From Anaerolineae bacterium (GTDB taxonomy: Bacteria; Chloroflexota; Anaerolineae; B4-G1; SLSP01), in contig DAOUBT010000015.1 of assembly GCA_034432595.1 (NCBI GenBank), forward strand, positions 5,800-69,799: a stretch of DNA of 64,000 nt. The letters are read 5' to 3'. Both the position numbers and the translations under genes were made by a program. Below are positions 39,099 through 48,900 of the stretch, in pieces; within the stretch, counting starts at the first letter, position 1, and each line of letters starts with the position of its first letter. The notes beneath the pieces were generated by a model. That model had not been told where the DNA came from. It did not search any database and saw only the letters and a program-made list of their open reading frames with translations.

Positions 39099-40033
39099 TG
39101 GACCTCGCCTCGCGCCTGGCCGAGCTGGAGCGCGCCTTTCCCGCCATCCTGCGCGATGCGCCGCTGGCGCGCTACAGTTGGGTGGGGCTGGGCGGTCCGG
39201 CGGACCTGTTGCTGTTGGCGCGCACGGAAGCAGAGCTGGTCGGGGCGGTTCAGATGGCGCAGGCGCTGGAAGTGCCCTGGCGCGTTTTTGGGGGGCTTTC
39301 CAACTGTTTAATTCCTGATGAGGGCCTGCGCGGATTGGTTGTGCTCAACCGCACGGCGCAGGTGCAATGGGATGCCGCGCAAGGGACGGTCAGCGCCGCA
39401 AGCGGTGTGGCGATGGTCACGCTGGCGCGTGAGGCCGTACAACGCGGTCTCGATGGCCTGACCTGGGCGGTAAGCCTGCCCGGTTCCCTGGGGGGAGCGC
39501 TCATTAACAATGCCGGTGCCTTCGGCGAAGAGGTGGGGACGCGGCTTGTCTCCGCACAACTGCTGGCGCGCGATGGCACGCGCCACACGGTGGGGGCGGA
39601 CTGGTTCGGCTACAGCTACCGTCACAGCGTGCTGAAGGGGCAGACGGCGGGCACGTGGCTGCTGCTTGCGGCGCAATTGCAGTTGACCCCCGCCGATCCG
39701 CAGCTTCTGGAAGCGCGCGCGCAAGAGTTCATGTTGCGACGCAAACGCTCGCAACCGACGGGGCGCAGCCTGGGTTCGGTGTTTGCCAATCCACCGGGGG
39801 ATTATGCCGGGCGTCTCATCGAAGCGGCGGGGCTGAAAGGGCGGCGCATCGGTGGGGTGGTGGTCTCGGACGTGCACGCTAACTTCTTCATCAACGAGGG
39901 GGGCACGGCGGCGGACTACCGCGCTCTGGTCGCCGAGGTGCAGGCGGAGGTAGAGCGGCGCTTTGGCATTCACCTGCGCCCGGAAATTGAAATCCTGACG
40001 GCGCAATTGACGACGGATCCGGCTTTGCAGTAA
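39098..40033 (+). CDS. murB: UDP-N-acetylenolpyruvoylglucosamine reductase MurB
   Basis: FAD-binding N-terminal domain (YSWVGLGGPADLLL) with GLSNCL. The start was chosen at MDLASRL; the track ORF from 38900 is a low-complexity over-extension. Confidence 0.85.
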   Translation: MDLASRLAELERAFPAILRDAPLARYSWVGLGGPADLLLLARTEAELVGAVQMAQALEVPWRVFGGLSNCLIPDEGLRGLVVLNRTAQVQWDAAQGTVSAASGVAMVTLAREAVQRGLDGLTWAVSLPGSLGGALINNAGAFGEEVGTRLVSAQLLARDGTRHTVGADWFGYSYRHSVLKGQTAGTWLLLAAQLQLTPADPQLLEARAQEFMLRRKRSQPTGRSLGSVFANPPGDYAGRLIEAAGLKGRRIGGVVVSDVHANFFINEGGTAADYRALVAEVQAEVERRFGIHLRPEIEILTAQLTTDPALQ

Positions 40034-40108
40034 GTTGTGCCGCCGGCTATCGTGAGCAGCTTGAGCTGATTTTCATTCTGTTCATTACTCTGCAAACAAA
40101 GGTGGGCT

Positions 40109-41239
40109 ATGCAAAGGCTTAAAGTCATGGTTATTTTTGGCGGTCGCTCGGGTGAGCACGAGGTGAGCCTGATTTCGGCAAGCTCGGTGATGCGCGCCTT
40201 AGACCCGGAGCGCTACATCGTGATTCCGGTAGGGATCACGCGCGATGGCGCCTGGGTGGTGGGGGCCGATCTGGTTGATCTCCTGCAGCGAGAGGCCATT
40301 GAGCTGGCGGATAGCGTGGTCTTCTTTGCCGACCCCTCGCATAAGGGCGTATGGCGCATCGAAAAAGAAGATGACGAAGCGCGTCTGGAATGGCTTTACG
40401 ATGTAGATGTGGTCTTCCCTGTCCTGCACGGCACGTATGGCGAGGATGGTACGCTGCAGGGCCTGCTGGAGCTGGCTGCCGTGCCCTACGTGGGCTGCGG
40501 CGTGCTCGCTTCTGCGGTGGCGATGGATAAGGCGCTCTTTAAGGATGTCTGCCGCGCCTGGCATTTGCCCATCGTCCCTTCCTTGCTCTTCACGCGGGCG
40601 CGTTGGCAGGCCGAACCGCAGGCGGTGCTGGACGAAGTCGAGGCGCATCTGACGTATCCCGTCTTTGTCAAGCCGGTCAATCTGGGATCGAGTGTCGGCA
40701 TCAGCAAATGCCGTGACCGCGCCGGGCTGGAGCGCGGCCTGCACGAGGCGGCGCGCTATGACCGGCGCCTGCTGGTGGAGCAGGCCGTCCCCAACGCGCG
40801 CGAAATAGAGGTGAGCGTGCTGGGCAACGGGGACGCGATTGAGGCTTCGATTGCGGGCGAGATCATTCCGGGGCGCGAGTTCTACGATTACGCCGCGAAA
40901 TACCTGGACGAGGGCGAGGCGGCCTCGAAGTTGCTCATCCCCGCGCGCCTGGATGCTGAGCAGATGGAGCTGGTGCGCCGCCTGGCGGTTACGGCTTTCC
41001 GCGCGGTGGACGGCGCGGGCATGGCGCGCGTGGACTTTTTGATGAACGGGGTGACGGGGGAGCTTTTCATCAACGAAATCAACACCATCCCCGGTTTCAC
41101 GCCGATCAGCATGTATCCGAAGTTGTGGGAGGCGTCGGGCCTGCCTTACCCGCGCCTGCTGGATCGCCTGATTGAGCTGGCGCTGGAGCGCCACGCCGAA
41201 GTATCGGCGTTGGAACGCATTTACCGCCCGAAACTGTAG
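40109..41239 (+). CDS. ddl: D-alanine--D-alanine ligase
   Basis: VIFGGRSGEHEVSL, ATP-grasp motifs and EINTIPGFT. Confidence 0.9.
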   Translation: MQRLKVMVIFGGRSGEHEVSLISASSVMRALDPERYIVIPVGITRDGAWVVGADLVDLLQREAIELADSVVFFADPSHKGVWRIEKEDDEARLEWLYDVDVVFPVLHGTYGEDGTLQGLLELAAVPYVGCGVLASAVAMDKALFKDVCRAWHLPIVPSLLFTRARWQAEPQAVLDEVEAHLTYPVFVKPVNLGSSVGISKCRDRAGLERGLHEAARYDRRLLVEQAVPNAREIEVSVLGNGDAIEASIAGEIIPGREFYDYAAKYLDEGEAASKLLIPARLDAEQMELVRRLAVTAFRAVDGAGMARVDFLMNGVTGELFINEINTIPGFTPISMYPKLWEASGLPYPRLLDRLIELALERHAEVSALERIYRPKL

Positions 41240-41287
41240 CTGGCGCACGGGCGAGAGGGGAGACCCTGCCGGGAAGGAGCCTGAGGG

Positions 41288-42103
41288 ATGACGAAATACC
41301 GTCGTTACAGTCGTACCGCTGCTTTGCTGCAGGCACAGCCTGTGAGCATGGCTGTACGTCCGCGTGGACGTCGGCGCGCTGCCTCACGCGCCTTGACGCT
41401 ATCCTTGCCTTTGCAGCAGGTGTGGCCGCTCATCCTGGTTCTGAGCCTGGTCGTTGCCGTGTTGGTTTGGATGCGCGCTGATGCGCGCTGGTACGTCACG
41501 GAAGCCTCCATCACCCTGTACGGCACGCGCGGGGCGGTGGCGCAGGAGGTGGTGCAGGCGAGTGGTTTGCTCAAGGAACACGGCACGCGCCTCGATGCTG
41601 AAGCGGCGGCGCAGCGCGTGCGTGAGCAGGTCTCCGCCGTGAGCGATGTCCATGTGGCCTGCCATCCTTATCCCGCGAGCTGCGAAATCCGCGTGGTGGA
41701 GCGCAAGCCTGTTGCCATCTGGGATACGGGGCAGGGCGTGCTCTGGATTGACAAAGAAGGGGTGGCTTTCACTCCGTGGGGCGAGGTCACAAACTTGCCG
41801 GTGCTGCGTGGTCCCCTGCCGGCAACGCCGCAGGCGACCCTGGCGGCGGTGCAGGGGGCGGAGGCGCTGCTCAAGCTCACCGGTCCGGTTGACGTGCTGG
41901 AGTATCACCCACAGCGGGGCCTGATCTGGAATGACCCGCAGGGGCATCGGGTGGCATTTGGGGTGGACGCGGAGCGCATGGCCGCGCGTTGGGCCGTGTA
42001 TCAACAACTGCTGGCCGTGTTCGATGCGCGGCGCATCTTCCCCTGGAATCTGGATGTGCGGGTTCCGGAGGCGCCGACCTATGCCATGGAGCGGTCCTGG
42101 TAG
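41288..42103 (+). CDS. ftsQ: Cell division protein FtsQ/DivIB-like (single TM + POTRA-like)
   Basis: Bitopic topology and the canonical position between ddl and ftsA. Confidence 0.6.
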   Translation: MTKYRRYSRTAALLQAQPVSMAVRPRGRRRAASRALTLSLPLQQVWPLILVLSLVVAVLVWMRADARWYVTEASITLYGTRGAVAQEVVQASGLLKEHGTRLDAEAAAQRVREQVSAVSDVHVACHPYPASCEIRVVERKPVAIWDTGQGVLWIDKEGVAFTPWGEVTNLPVLRGPLPATPQATLAAVQGAEALLKLTGPVDVLEYHPQRGLIWNDPQGHRVAFGVDAERMAARWAVYQQLLAVFDARRIFPWNLDVRVPEAPTYAMERSW

Positions 42104-42112
42104 GAGGGACGA

Positions 42113-43336
42113 ATGGATCGAACAGTCGTAGGGATTGACGTGGGAAGTTCCAAGACGCTGGTGCTGGTCGCCGAGGTGAACGATTCAGCGGGTGAGGCGC
42201 GCATCGTCGGCGTGGGGCAGGTGCCTTCGCGGGGGGTGAAAAAAGGCGTCATCGTCAACGTGACCGAGGCGACGGCAACGATTGCCGAGGCGGTGGAGAA
42301 GGCCGAGCAAAGCTCTGGCTACCGCATCGAACGCGCCTTTGTCAGCGTGAGCGGCACGCACATCACCTCGCGCAACAGTCAGGGCGTGGTGGGGGTGACG
42401 CGCCGCGAAACCGGCATCAGTGAGGATGATATTGACCGGGTGCTGGAAGCGGCGGGCGCCATCATTTTGCCGCAGAATCAGCGCCTGCTGCACATTATCC
42501 CGCGCACCTACACGGTGGATGGGCAAAGCGGCGTGCGCGATCCCCTGGGCATGCACGGCTTCCGCCTGGAGGTGGAAGCGCATGTGGTGATGGGTGCGAT
42601 TACGGCGGTGCAGAACCTGCTCAAGTGTGTGGAAGGTGCGGGGGTGGAAGCCAGCGAAATCGTCTATTCTGCCCTGGCAGCCGGGAACGCCGTGCTGACG
42701 CCGACCGAGCGTGAGATGGGCGTCGTGCTCGTGGACATTGGCGAGGGGACGGTCGAAATCGCCATTTTCATCGAGGGCACGGTCTGGCACACCCGCTCCC
42801 TGGCGCTGGGCGGGGAGTACATCACCAACGATATTGCCATCGGGTTGCGCCTGCCGCCGGAGACAGCGGAAAGCATCAAGTTGCGCTATGGTCATGCCCT
42901 TTCCAATCAGGTCAATCAGGAGGAACGGTTCACGATTTCGCCGTATGGGGAGACGGTTCCGGTGGTGGTGCCGCGTTGGAAGCTGGCGGAAATCATTCAG
43001 GCGCGCTGCGAGGAGATTTTGGAGACGATTCAACAGGAAATTAAGCGCTCCGGCTACGATGGGCTGTTGCCCGCCGGCATCGTGTTGACGGGCGGCGTGG
43101 CGCAGTTGCCGGGCCTGCGCGATCTGGCGCGCGATCAGTTCCAGCTGCCGGTGCGGGTGGGTACACCCTATGGCTTGAGCGGCCTCACCGATCAGGTCGA
43201 GAATCCCGCCGCGGCAGTGGCTGTAGGGTTGCTGCGTTGGTCTCCGCTTTGGGACGAAACGGGCGGGCGATACAGCGGAGGCAGCTCATGGTTCAAGCGG
43301 GTTTTGCCGTGGCTGCGCACCCTGCTGCCCGGCTAA
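42113..43336 (+). CDS. ftsA: Cell division protein FtsA
   Basis: Actin-like ATPase; VVGIDVGSSKTLVLVAEV. Confidence 0.9.
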   Translation: MDRTVVGIDVGSSKTLVLVAEVNDSAGEARIVGVGQVPSRGVKKGVIVNVTEATATIAEAVEKAEQSSGYRIERAFVSVSGTHITSRNSQGVVGVTRRETGISEDDIDRVLEAAGAIILPQNQRLLHIIPRTYTVDGQSGVRDPLGMHGFRLEVEAHVVMGAITAVQNLLKCVEGAGVEASEIVYSALAAGNAVLTPTEREMGVVLVDIGEGTVEIAIFIEGTVWHTRSLALGGEYITNDIAIGLRLPPETAESIKLRYGHALSNQVNQEERFTISPYGETVPVVVPRWKLAEIIQARCEEILETIQQEIKRSGYDGLLPAGIVLTGGVAQLPGLRDLARDQFQLPVRVGTPYGLSGLTDQVENPAAAVAVGLLRWSPLWDETGGRYSGGSSWFKRVLPWLRTLLPG

Positions 43337-43384
43337 AAGGCATAGCACTCATGGAGCAAGCTTTCCATCCAGCAGGAGGTTAAG

Positions 43385-44473
43385 ATGGGTACCGCAGGAG
43401 AAAATTTCGCACAGATTCGGGTTGTAGGCGTTGGCGGTGGCGGCAGCAATGCCGTAGATCGCATGATTGCAGAGGGGCTGCAGGGGGTGGATTTCATCGC
43501 GATGAACACCGACGCTCAGGCGCTGGCGCGCTCGCAGGCCCCCATCCGCGTCCGTCTGGGGAACAACACCACCCGCGGCCTGGGAGCTGGCGGCAATCCG
43601 GAGATGGGGCAGAAGGCTGCCGAGGAGTCTGCGGATGAGATTCGTCAGGTGCTGCAGGGCGCGGATATGGTGTTCGTGACCGCGGGCATGGGCGGTGGCA
43701 CGGGCACAGGCGCTGCGCCGATTGTGGCGCGCATCGCCAAGGAAGAACTCAAGGCCCTGACCATCGGCGTGGTCACGCGCCCCTTCGCTTTCGAGGGGGC
43801 CAAGCGTGCGCGCTCCGCGGCGGAGGGCATTGAGGCGCTCAAGCAGGTGGTGGATACGCTCATCGTCATCCCCAACGACCGCTTGACGGACATCACCGAT
43901 AAGCGCGTGAGCCTGCAGGATGCCTTCCGCATGGCGGATGACGTGCTGCGGCAGGGCATTCAGGGCATCACCGAGGTTATCACCGTGCCGGGCCTCATCA
44001 ACCTGGACTTCGCCGATGTGCGCGCCATCATGTACGAGGGCGGTGCGGCGCTGATGGCGATTGGACGGGCGAGCGGGGAAAATCGCGCCGTCGAGGCCGC
44101 GCAACAGGCCATCACCAACCGCCTGCTGGATGTGACGATTGACGGGGCGCGCGGCGTCCTGCTCAACATCACCGGCGGGCCGGGCATGACCCTGCACGAA
44201 ATCAACGAGGCGGCTTCCATCATCCGCGACACGGCGCATCCGGAGGTCAACCTCATCTTTGGTGCGGTGATTGACCCGTCCATGGGTGAGGAGATGCGCA
44301 TCACGGTGGTGGCGACGGGCTTCGACCGCGAGGAACGGCCCAAGCCGCGCAACACTGAAGCCACACAGCAGGCTCAACCGCCGCGCCGTTTTGAGACGCT
44401 GCCGGTAACCCCCATGCCGGTGGATCCGGACAATGTGGAAATTCCGGCTTTCATGCGTCGGCGCACGCGCTAA
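43385..44473 (+). CDS. ftsZ: Cell division GTPase FtsZ
   Basis: [13 protein letters not shown] and the GGGTGTG tubulin signature. Confidence 0.95.
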   Translation: MGTAGENFAQIRVVGVGGGGSNAVDRMIAEGLQGVDFIAMNTDAQALARSQAPIRVRLGNNTTRGLGAGGNPEMGQKAAEESADEIRQVLQGADMVFVTAGMGGGTGTGAAPIVARIAKEELKALTIGVVTRPFAFEGAKRARSAAEGIEALKQVVDTLIVIPNDRLTDITDKRVSLQDAFRMADDVLRQGIQGITEVITVPGLINLDFADVRAIMYEGGAALMAIGRASGENRAVEAAQQAITNRLLDVTIDGARGVLLNITGGPGMTLHEINEAASIIRDTAHPEVNLIFGAVIDPSMGEEMRITVVATGFDREERPKPRNTEATQQAQPPRRFETLPVTPMPVDPDNVEIPAFMRRRTR

Positions 44474-44655
44474 GCCCGCGCGTTGTGAGGAGCTTCGAGC
44501 GCAGGCGTCGCCCGTGGGGTGACGTCTGCGCTGGCCTGTTGACGACCCGGCGTCCGCAACGGGATGGCGGTGCCTGTTGGCGTGCAGGGAACGCGCAAGC
44601 TCCGCTTGTTGCGTTGCGCAAGCTGCGTTAACTGCTCCCTTCTGGGGTCAAACAA

Positions 44656-44686
44656 GGGAGGATGAAGGCATTGCCTTCGTCCTCCC
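44656..44686. repeat. REP-like palindrome copy F between convergent ftsZ and nifX-like genes
   Basis: gggaggatgaaggcattgccttcgtcctccc; the arms carry compensatory changes relative to the family consensus. Confidence 0.6.
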
Positions 44687-44772
44687 TGCTGTTGCCCACT
44701 CCGTTACTCGACTGAAAACGCATCAGAGACGATTGCAAGCGCTGTCCTGCTGCTTGAGGTGAGCTTTCGCGT

Positions 44773-45171
44773 TCAAGGGTTGTGATGGTGGTGCCCGTGG
44801 TGATGCCCGTGTTCACCATGACCACAACAGGAGGGATCCGTGTCGAGGCGACCTTCTTGATAGGCCTTAAGCGCTTCCTGCACGCTGCCGGATGCGCCCA
44901 GCCGGACCTGAATGCCATTGATGGTGAAGGCCTGATAGGCACGTTCACCCATTCCACCCGTGATGATGACGTCAGCCTGTTGCTGGCGTACAAACAGGGG
45001 CACCTGACCAGGACGATGCTCCTCGGCGTAAGGGTTGGCGACCGTTTGCACCTGTTGGGGCTGTCCATTATCCCCCAGGTCAATCAGGACGAAATAGGGG
45101 GCGTGTCCGAAGTGTTCCGCCACCGGACTCTCCAGACCATTCGCTGTTTCAGCTGTGATGGCTATACGCAT
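44773..45171 (-). CDS. NifX/NifB-type FeMo-cofactor-binding domain protein with His-rich C-terminus
   Basis: Nitro_FeMo-Co-like fold (MRIAITAE...HFGHAPYFVLIDL...DVIITGGMGERA) with a C-terminal CCGHGEHGHHHGHHHH tail. Confidence 0.6.
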   Translation of the reverse strand: MRIAITAETANGLESPVAEHFGHAPYFVLIDLGDNGQPQQVQTVANPYAEEHRPGQVPLFVRQQQADVIITGGMGERAYQAFTINGIQVRLGASGSVQEALKAYQEGRLDTDPSCCGHGEHGHHHGHHHHNP

Positions 45172-45236
45172 GTTCAATCTCCTTAAGTGAAATGGTTTGT
45201 TGATAGCCTGCTCAAGTGAACAGGTCTGCGTACCTC

Positions 45237-45620
45237 TCAAAGCGATTCTTGGGGTGACGTGGCGGCATAAGCCGCTTCCAGGGCCTCAATCTGACGGCGC
45301 TGCTCGCGCAAAGCCTCGATCCATGCTGCTAAAACTTGTTCGCCTTCGTGGGTGATGGTGTACACGCGCCGTTGTGGTCCCAGGCTTTCTTCATCCCATG
45401 AACTTTCCACCAACCCCATGTCCTCTAAGTCGCGCAGGGCACGGTAGATGATGCTGATATCCATGTGCTCTGGCTCGAAACCAAACACGCGCAGCTTTTC
45501 CATGAGGCTATAGCCGTAATCCGGCTGCTGACGCACCAACACCAGCAGGCAGGATTCGAGCAAAAACCAACGCTTGCGTTTGCCTCCCCCCTCACCTTGA
45601 CAGCGCATTCTTCCGGGCAT
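45237..45620 (-). CDS. PadR family transcriptional regulator
   Basis: Winged-HTH PadR signature YGYSLMEKL...DISIIYRALRDLEDMGLVES. GGAGGT RBS. Confidence 0.8.
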   Translation of the reverse strand: MPGRMRCQGEGGGKRKRWFLLESCLLVLVRQQPDYGYSLMEKLRVFGFEPEHMDISIIYRALRDLEDMGLVESSWDEESLGPQRRVYTITHEGEQVLAAWIEALREQRRQIEALEAAYAATSPQESL

Positions 45621-45642
45621 CGTTACCTCCTTGTTTTTCTAT

Positions 45643-45671
45643 ATTATAAATCACTATAGAATTATTGTCAA
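45643..45671 (-). promoter_or_regulatory. Perfect consensus sigma-70 promoter (TTGACA-17-TATAAT) driving padR operon
   Basis: On the minus strand, TTGACA lies at 45671-45666 and TATAAT at 45648-45643. Confidence 0.65.
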
Positions 45672-45846
45672 TAGTTGCAAACCCTTCATGCTGTGGATTT
45701 TCGGTTTGCGACTGCCGGTCCATGGGGAGGCAGGTGGGCGAGGCGTTTGGGGCTTTTCAGGGAAGACAGGCTGCTCAACTGCGGCGTGCAAAGAGACCCG
45801 CGATTGCGATTAAAATAAAATTATCTTCCTAATTCCTTACCACCTG

Positions 45847-45855
45847 TGGTATAAT
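45847..45855 (+). promoter_or_regulatory. Extended -10 promoter (TGgTATAAT) for ABC-2 transporter operon
   Basis: tggtataat lies ~120 nt upstream of the ATG at 45978, with a weak -35 (ttccta). Confidence 0.45.
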
Positions 45856-45977
45856 ATCGGGGTGTAAGTCCGGCTGTGTAGATTTTTCGGCGGGGCTTGG
45901 GGGAAGCGAGCGCGTGGGAAGCCGGGTTCGGTAAGCCTTTTACCGGGCGCGGTGGTTTGAATAGAGATGAGGTGGCT

Positions 45978-46901
45978 ATGATTGAAATGGAGCATCTTAC
46001 AAAACGCTATGATGACCTCCTCGCGGTGGACGACATCACGCTCACCGTGGCGGAGGGGGAAGTGCTGGCTTTGCTGGGGCCGAACGGCGCCGGCAAGACC
46101 ACCACGGTGCGGATGCTTTCCGCCATCCTTCAACCCACTTCCGGACGGGCGCGCGTGGCCGGGCTGGATGTGGTGGAACAGGCGCGCGAGGTGCGGCGAT
46201 GGGTGGGGATGCTTACCGAGGCGCCGGGCCTTTACACCCGCATGACGGGCCGGGAATATCTGGAGTTCTTCGCGCAGATGTATGGCGTGCCCTCGGATGT
46301 GACGCAGCAGCGCATCCGCGAACTGGCGGAGCGCTTCGAAATGAGCGATGCGCTTGACCGCCGCCTGGGCTACTATTCCAAGGGCATGGCGCAGAAAATC
46401 GCCCTCATCCGCACCTTAGTGCATGACCCCAAAGTGCTGTTGCTCGATGAGCCAACTTCGGCCATGGACCCGCAAAGCGCCCGTCTGGTGCGCAACACCA
46501 TCCTGGAGCTGCGCCGTGAAAAACGCACCATCATTGTCTGCACGCACAACCTGCCGGAGGCAGAGGAGCTGGCGGACCGTATTGCCATCATCCGCAAAGG
46601 GCGGATCATGACCCACGGCACGCTGTCCGAATTGAAGCGGCAACTCCTGGGCGCGCCCTTGATGGAGCTGCGCTGGCTCGCTCCACCGCATAACGGCGTG
46701 CTTGAGCGCATCCGTGCCCTGGTAGACGTGGAGCAGATTCGCGAAGATGGAATGCGCTACGTGGCTGACTATCCGGAAAAGGTCAATCCGCTCATCTTGC
46801 GCCATTTGCACGAGGCGGATGTACCCGTGTTGGCCTTGAGTGAGGTGCCGCGCAACCTGGAGGCGGTTTATCTGCGCGTGGTCGGGGAGGGGATGGCATG
46901 A
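45978..46901 (+). CDS. ABC transporter ATP-binding protein (ABC-2 type)
   Basis: Walker A LLGPNGAGKTTT, signature YSKGMAQKI and Walker B LLLDEPTS. The start was chosen at MIEMEHL. Confidence 0.9.
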   Translation: MIEMEHLTKRYDDLLAVDDITLTVAEGEVLALLGPNGAGKTTTVRMLSAILQPTSGRARVAGLDVVEQAREVRRWVGMLTEAPGLYTRMTGREYLEFFAQMYGVPSDVTQQRIRELAERFEMSDALDRRLGYYSKGMAQKIALIRTLVHDPKVLLLDEPTSAMDPQSARLVRNTILELRREKRTIIVCTHNLPEAEELADRIAIIRKGRIMTHGTLSELKRQLLGAPLMELRWLAPPHNGVLERIRALVDVEQIREDGMRYVADYPEKVNPLILRHLHEADVPVLALSEVPRNLEAVYLRVVGEGMA

Positions 46902-48520
46902 GCACGATGACACAGCAGGTTCAGGATTGGCGCCGTGAATGGGCGCAGGTGTGGGTGCTGGCGCGGCGCGAAATCCGCGATAGTATGCGCGATTGGCGCA
47001 TTATGATTCCCATTTTTTCCCTGGTGCTGGTGTTTCCCATCCTGGGCAACATTGTGGCTGAACGCGGCATCACGTTCATCGGTCAGTACGGGGCCACGCT
47101 CATCACCGAGCGCCTGCTGCCTTTCATCATTCTGGTGGTGGGCTTCTTCCCCAGCACCTTCTCGCTCATTATTGGATTAGAAACCTTCGCTGGCGAAAAG
47201 GAACGTCGCAGCCTGGAACCGCTGCTCTCCACCCCCTTAGCGGACGGGCAGCTCTACCTTGGGAAATTGATTGCCTCGACTTTCCTGCCCGTGTTGGCCA
47301 GCTATGTTGGGATGCTGGCTCACGTGTTGTTGACGGGCTTCCGCCTGGGCTGGTGGCCGCCGGTGGAGATTATGCTCATCGCCCTGGTGCTTTCGACGAC
47401 GGAGGCGCTGGTCATGGTCACGGCGGCGGTCATCGTCTCAAGCCAATCTACAAGCGTGCGCGCGGCCAACCTGCTTGCGAGCTTCATCATCCTGCCGATG
47501 GCTTTCCTGGTGCAGTGGGAAGCGAGCCTGCTGCTCTTTGGCAATTACACCACGTTGTGGATGCTGGCGCTGTTCATGATCGTGCTCGATGCGTTGCTGG
47601 TCCGTTTGGGCACGCGCGTCTTCAACCGGGAACATCTCCTGGGGCGGGAGCTGGATAGCATTGACCTGCATAAAACGTGGGAAAACTTCCGGCAGGCGGT
47701 ATGGCCACGGCAAGGCCTGGGTTGGCTGTTAGTGCTGCTGCAATGGGAGCTGGTCCTGCTTTTCTGGCGCAATGCCGGCTGGCAGGCTGTTGGGGTGTTG
47801 TCGGTGCTTTCGCTGGTGGAGGGTCTGCTGGTGTTGACGTTGCGCCGTGTGCCCCTGACGTACCTTGACCCGCGCCCGCTGCTGCGCGAGGCTTATCGGG
47901 ATTTAGGGGCGCACCTGCGCGATATTCGCCTGGAGATTGCCCTGACCGTCCTGGTGATGCTGGTCGGCGGCGTCGTGGTGGGGCTGTGGGGCTTGCAGCG
48001 CTTCCCGCTTCCGCCCAATGTGATGTCGCTCGCGCCCTATCAAGATTTTGAGAACCTCGGCGAGGCCGTGGTGCAGACGGGGCTGTTGGAGGCGTTCAGC
48101 GGCTGGGCGATTTGGGTTAACAATGTGCGCTCGCTCTTCGCCGCGGCGTTTTTGGGCGCTTTCAGCATGGGCATCATCGCGCAATTGATGCTGCTCGCGC
48201 CGATTGCCATCATCGTGTACCTGGTGCCGCAGGTGAGCATCCTGGGCCTCAATCCGTGGGCCTTCTTTGCGGTGACGGTGTTGCCGCACGGCGTATTGGA
48301 GCTACCTCTGGCCGTTATCGCTACCGCGCAGGCGCTGCGGATGGGGGCGATTTTGTTGCGTGAGCCGGCGCGCGGCGGCGGTCTGAGCGGCATGGTGGTG
48401 GAGACGGGGCGCTTTGTGCGCCTGATGGTGCTCTTGGTGATTCCGCTCCTGCTGGTGGCGGCCTATATCGAAGCGCTCATCACGCCGCACCTGGTCATGC
48501 GCTATCTGTTTGGTGGGTAG
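46898..48520 (+). CDS. ABC-2 family permease (540 aa, multi-TM)
   Basis: ATGA overlap with the ATPase gene and 10-12 TM segments. Confidence 0.7.
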   Translation: MSTMTQQVQDWRREWAQVWVLARREIRDSMRDWRIMIPIFSLVLVFPILGNIVAERGITFIGQYGATLITERLLPFIILVVGFFPSTFSLIIGLETFAGEKERRSLEPLLSTPLADGQLYLGKLIASTFLPVLASYVGMLAHVLLTGFRLGWWPPVEIMLIALVLSTTEALVMVTAAVIVSSQSTSVRAANLLASFIILPMAFLVQWEASLLLFGNYTTLWMLALFMIVLDALLVRLGTRVFNREHLLGRELDSIDLHKTWENFRQAVWPRQGLGWLLVLLQWELVLLFWRNAGWQAVGVLSVLSLVEGLLVLTLRRVPLTYLDPRPLLREAYRDLGAHLRDIRLEIALTVLVMLVGGVVVGLWGLQRFPLPPNVMSLAPYQDFENLGEAVVQTGLLEAFSGWAIWVNNVRSLFAAAFLGAFSMGIIAQLMLLAPIAIIVYLVPQVSILGLNPWAFFAVTVLPHGVLELPLAVIATAQALRMGAILLREPARGGGLSGMVVETGRFVRLMVLLVIPLLLVAAYIEALITPHLVMRYLFGG

Positions 48521-48568
48521 TCCTTCATCAGGTTAACGGCTTAGCCGCTCATATCGAAAGAGCAGACA

Positions 48569-48605
48569 AGGGTGGACGAAGGCATTGTCTTCGTCCGCCC
48601 TTTTT
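48569..48605 (+). repeat. REP-like palindrome copy G + T-tract (intrinsic terminator of ABC-2 operon)
   Basis: gggtggacgaaggcattgtcttcgtccgccc followed by tttttt. Confidence 0.6.
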
Positions 48606-48676
48606 TAGCCCCAGAAAGAGACTTTGGCCTGACTGGACCGGCGCTTTCAGTTCCGGGCACCTGTGTCCATCCCCAG

Positions 48677-48813
48677 CCCATCCCAAGGGGTTGAAATCAC
48701 CTGGGCTGACGGTTGAACTTGTGCCAGTTCCCTGCGGGCATCCAAGGCTTACGCAGTTGCAACCTGAGCAGGCGCAAGTCCGGTTGCAAATCCTCGGCGG
48801 TGATTTCAATCGC
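48677..48813. repeat. MITE-like element with 11-nt terminal inverted repeats (ttgaaatcacc / ggtgatttcaa)
   Basis: ggttgaaatcacc at 48679-48691 and ggtgatttcaatc at 48799-48811. The element carries internal GTTG(A/C)AA iterations and is related to the gttgaaatcatcgg module of copies A, B and C. Confidence 0.45.
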
Positions 48814-48900
48814 TGTCCTGCTGCTGGAGGCAAGCCGTTACTTCAGAATGTAGCCCAGGTTTCATCCTGGGCTACGTTTTGTTCTGCGCTATGGAGATGG

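Noticed and set aside
40199-41248. 349-aa minus-strand ORF
   Set aside because: It is antisense to ddl.
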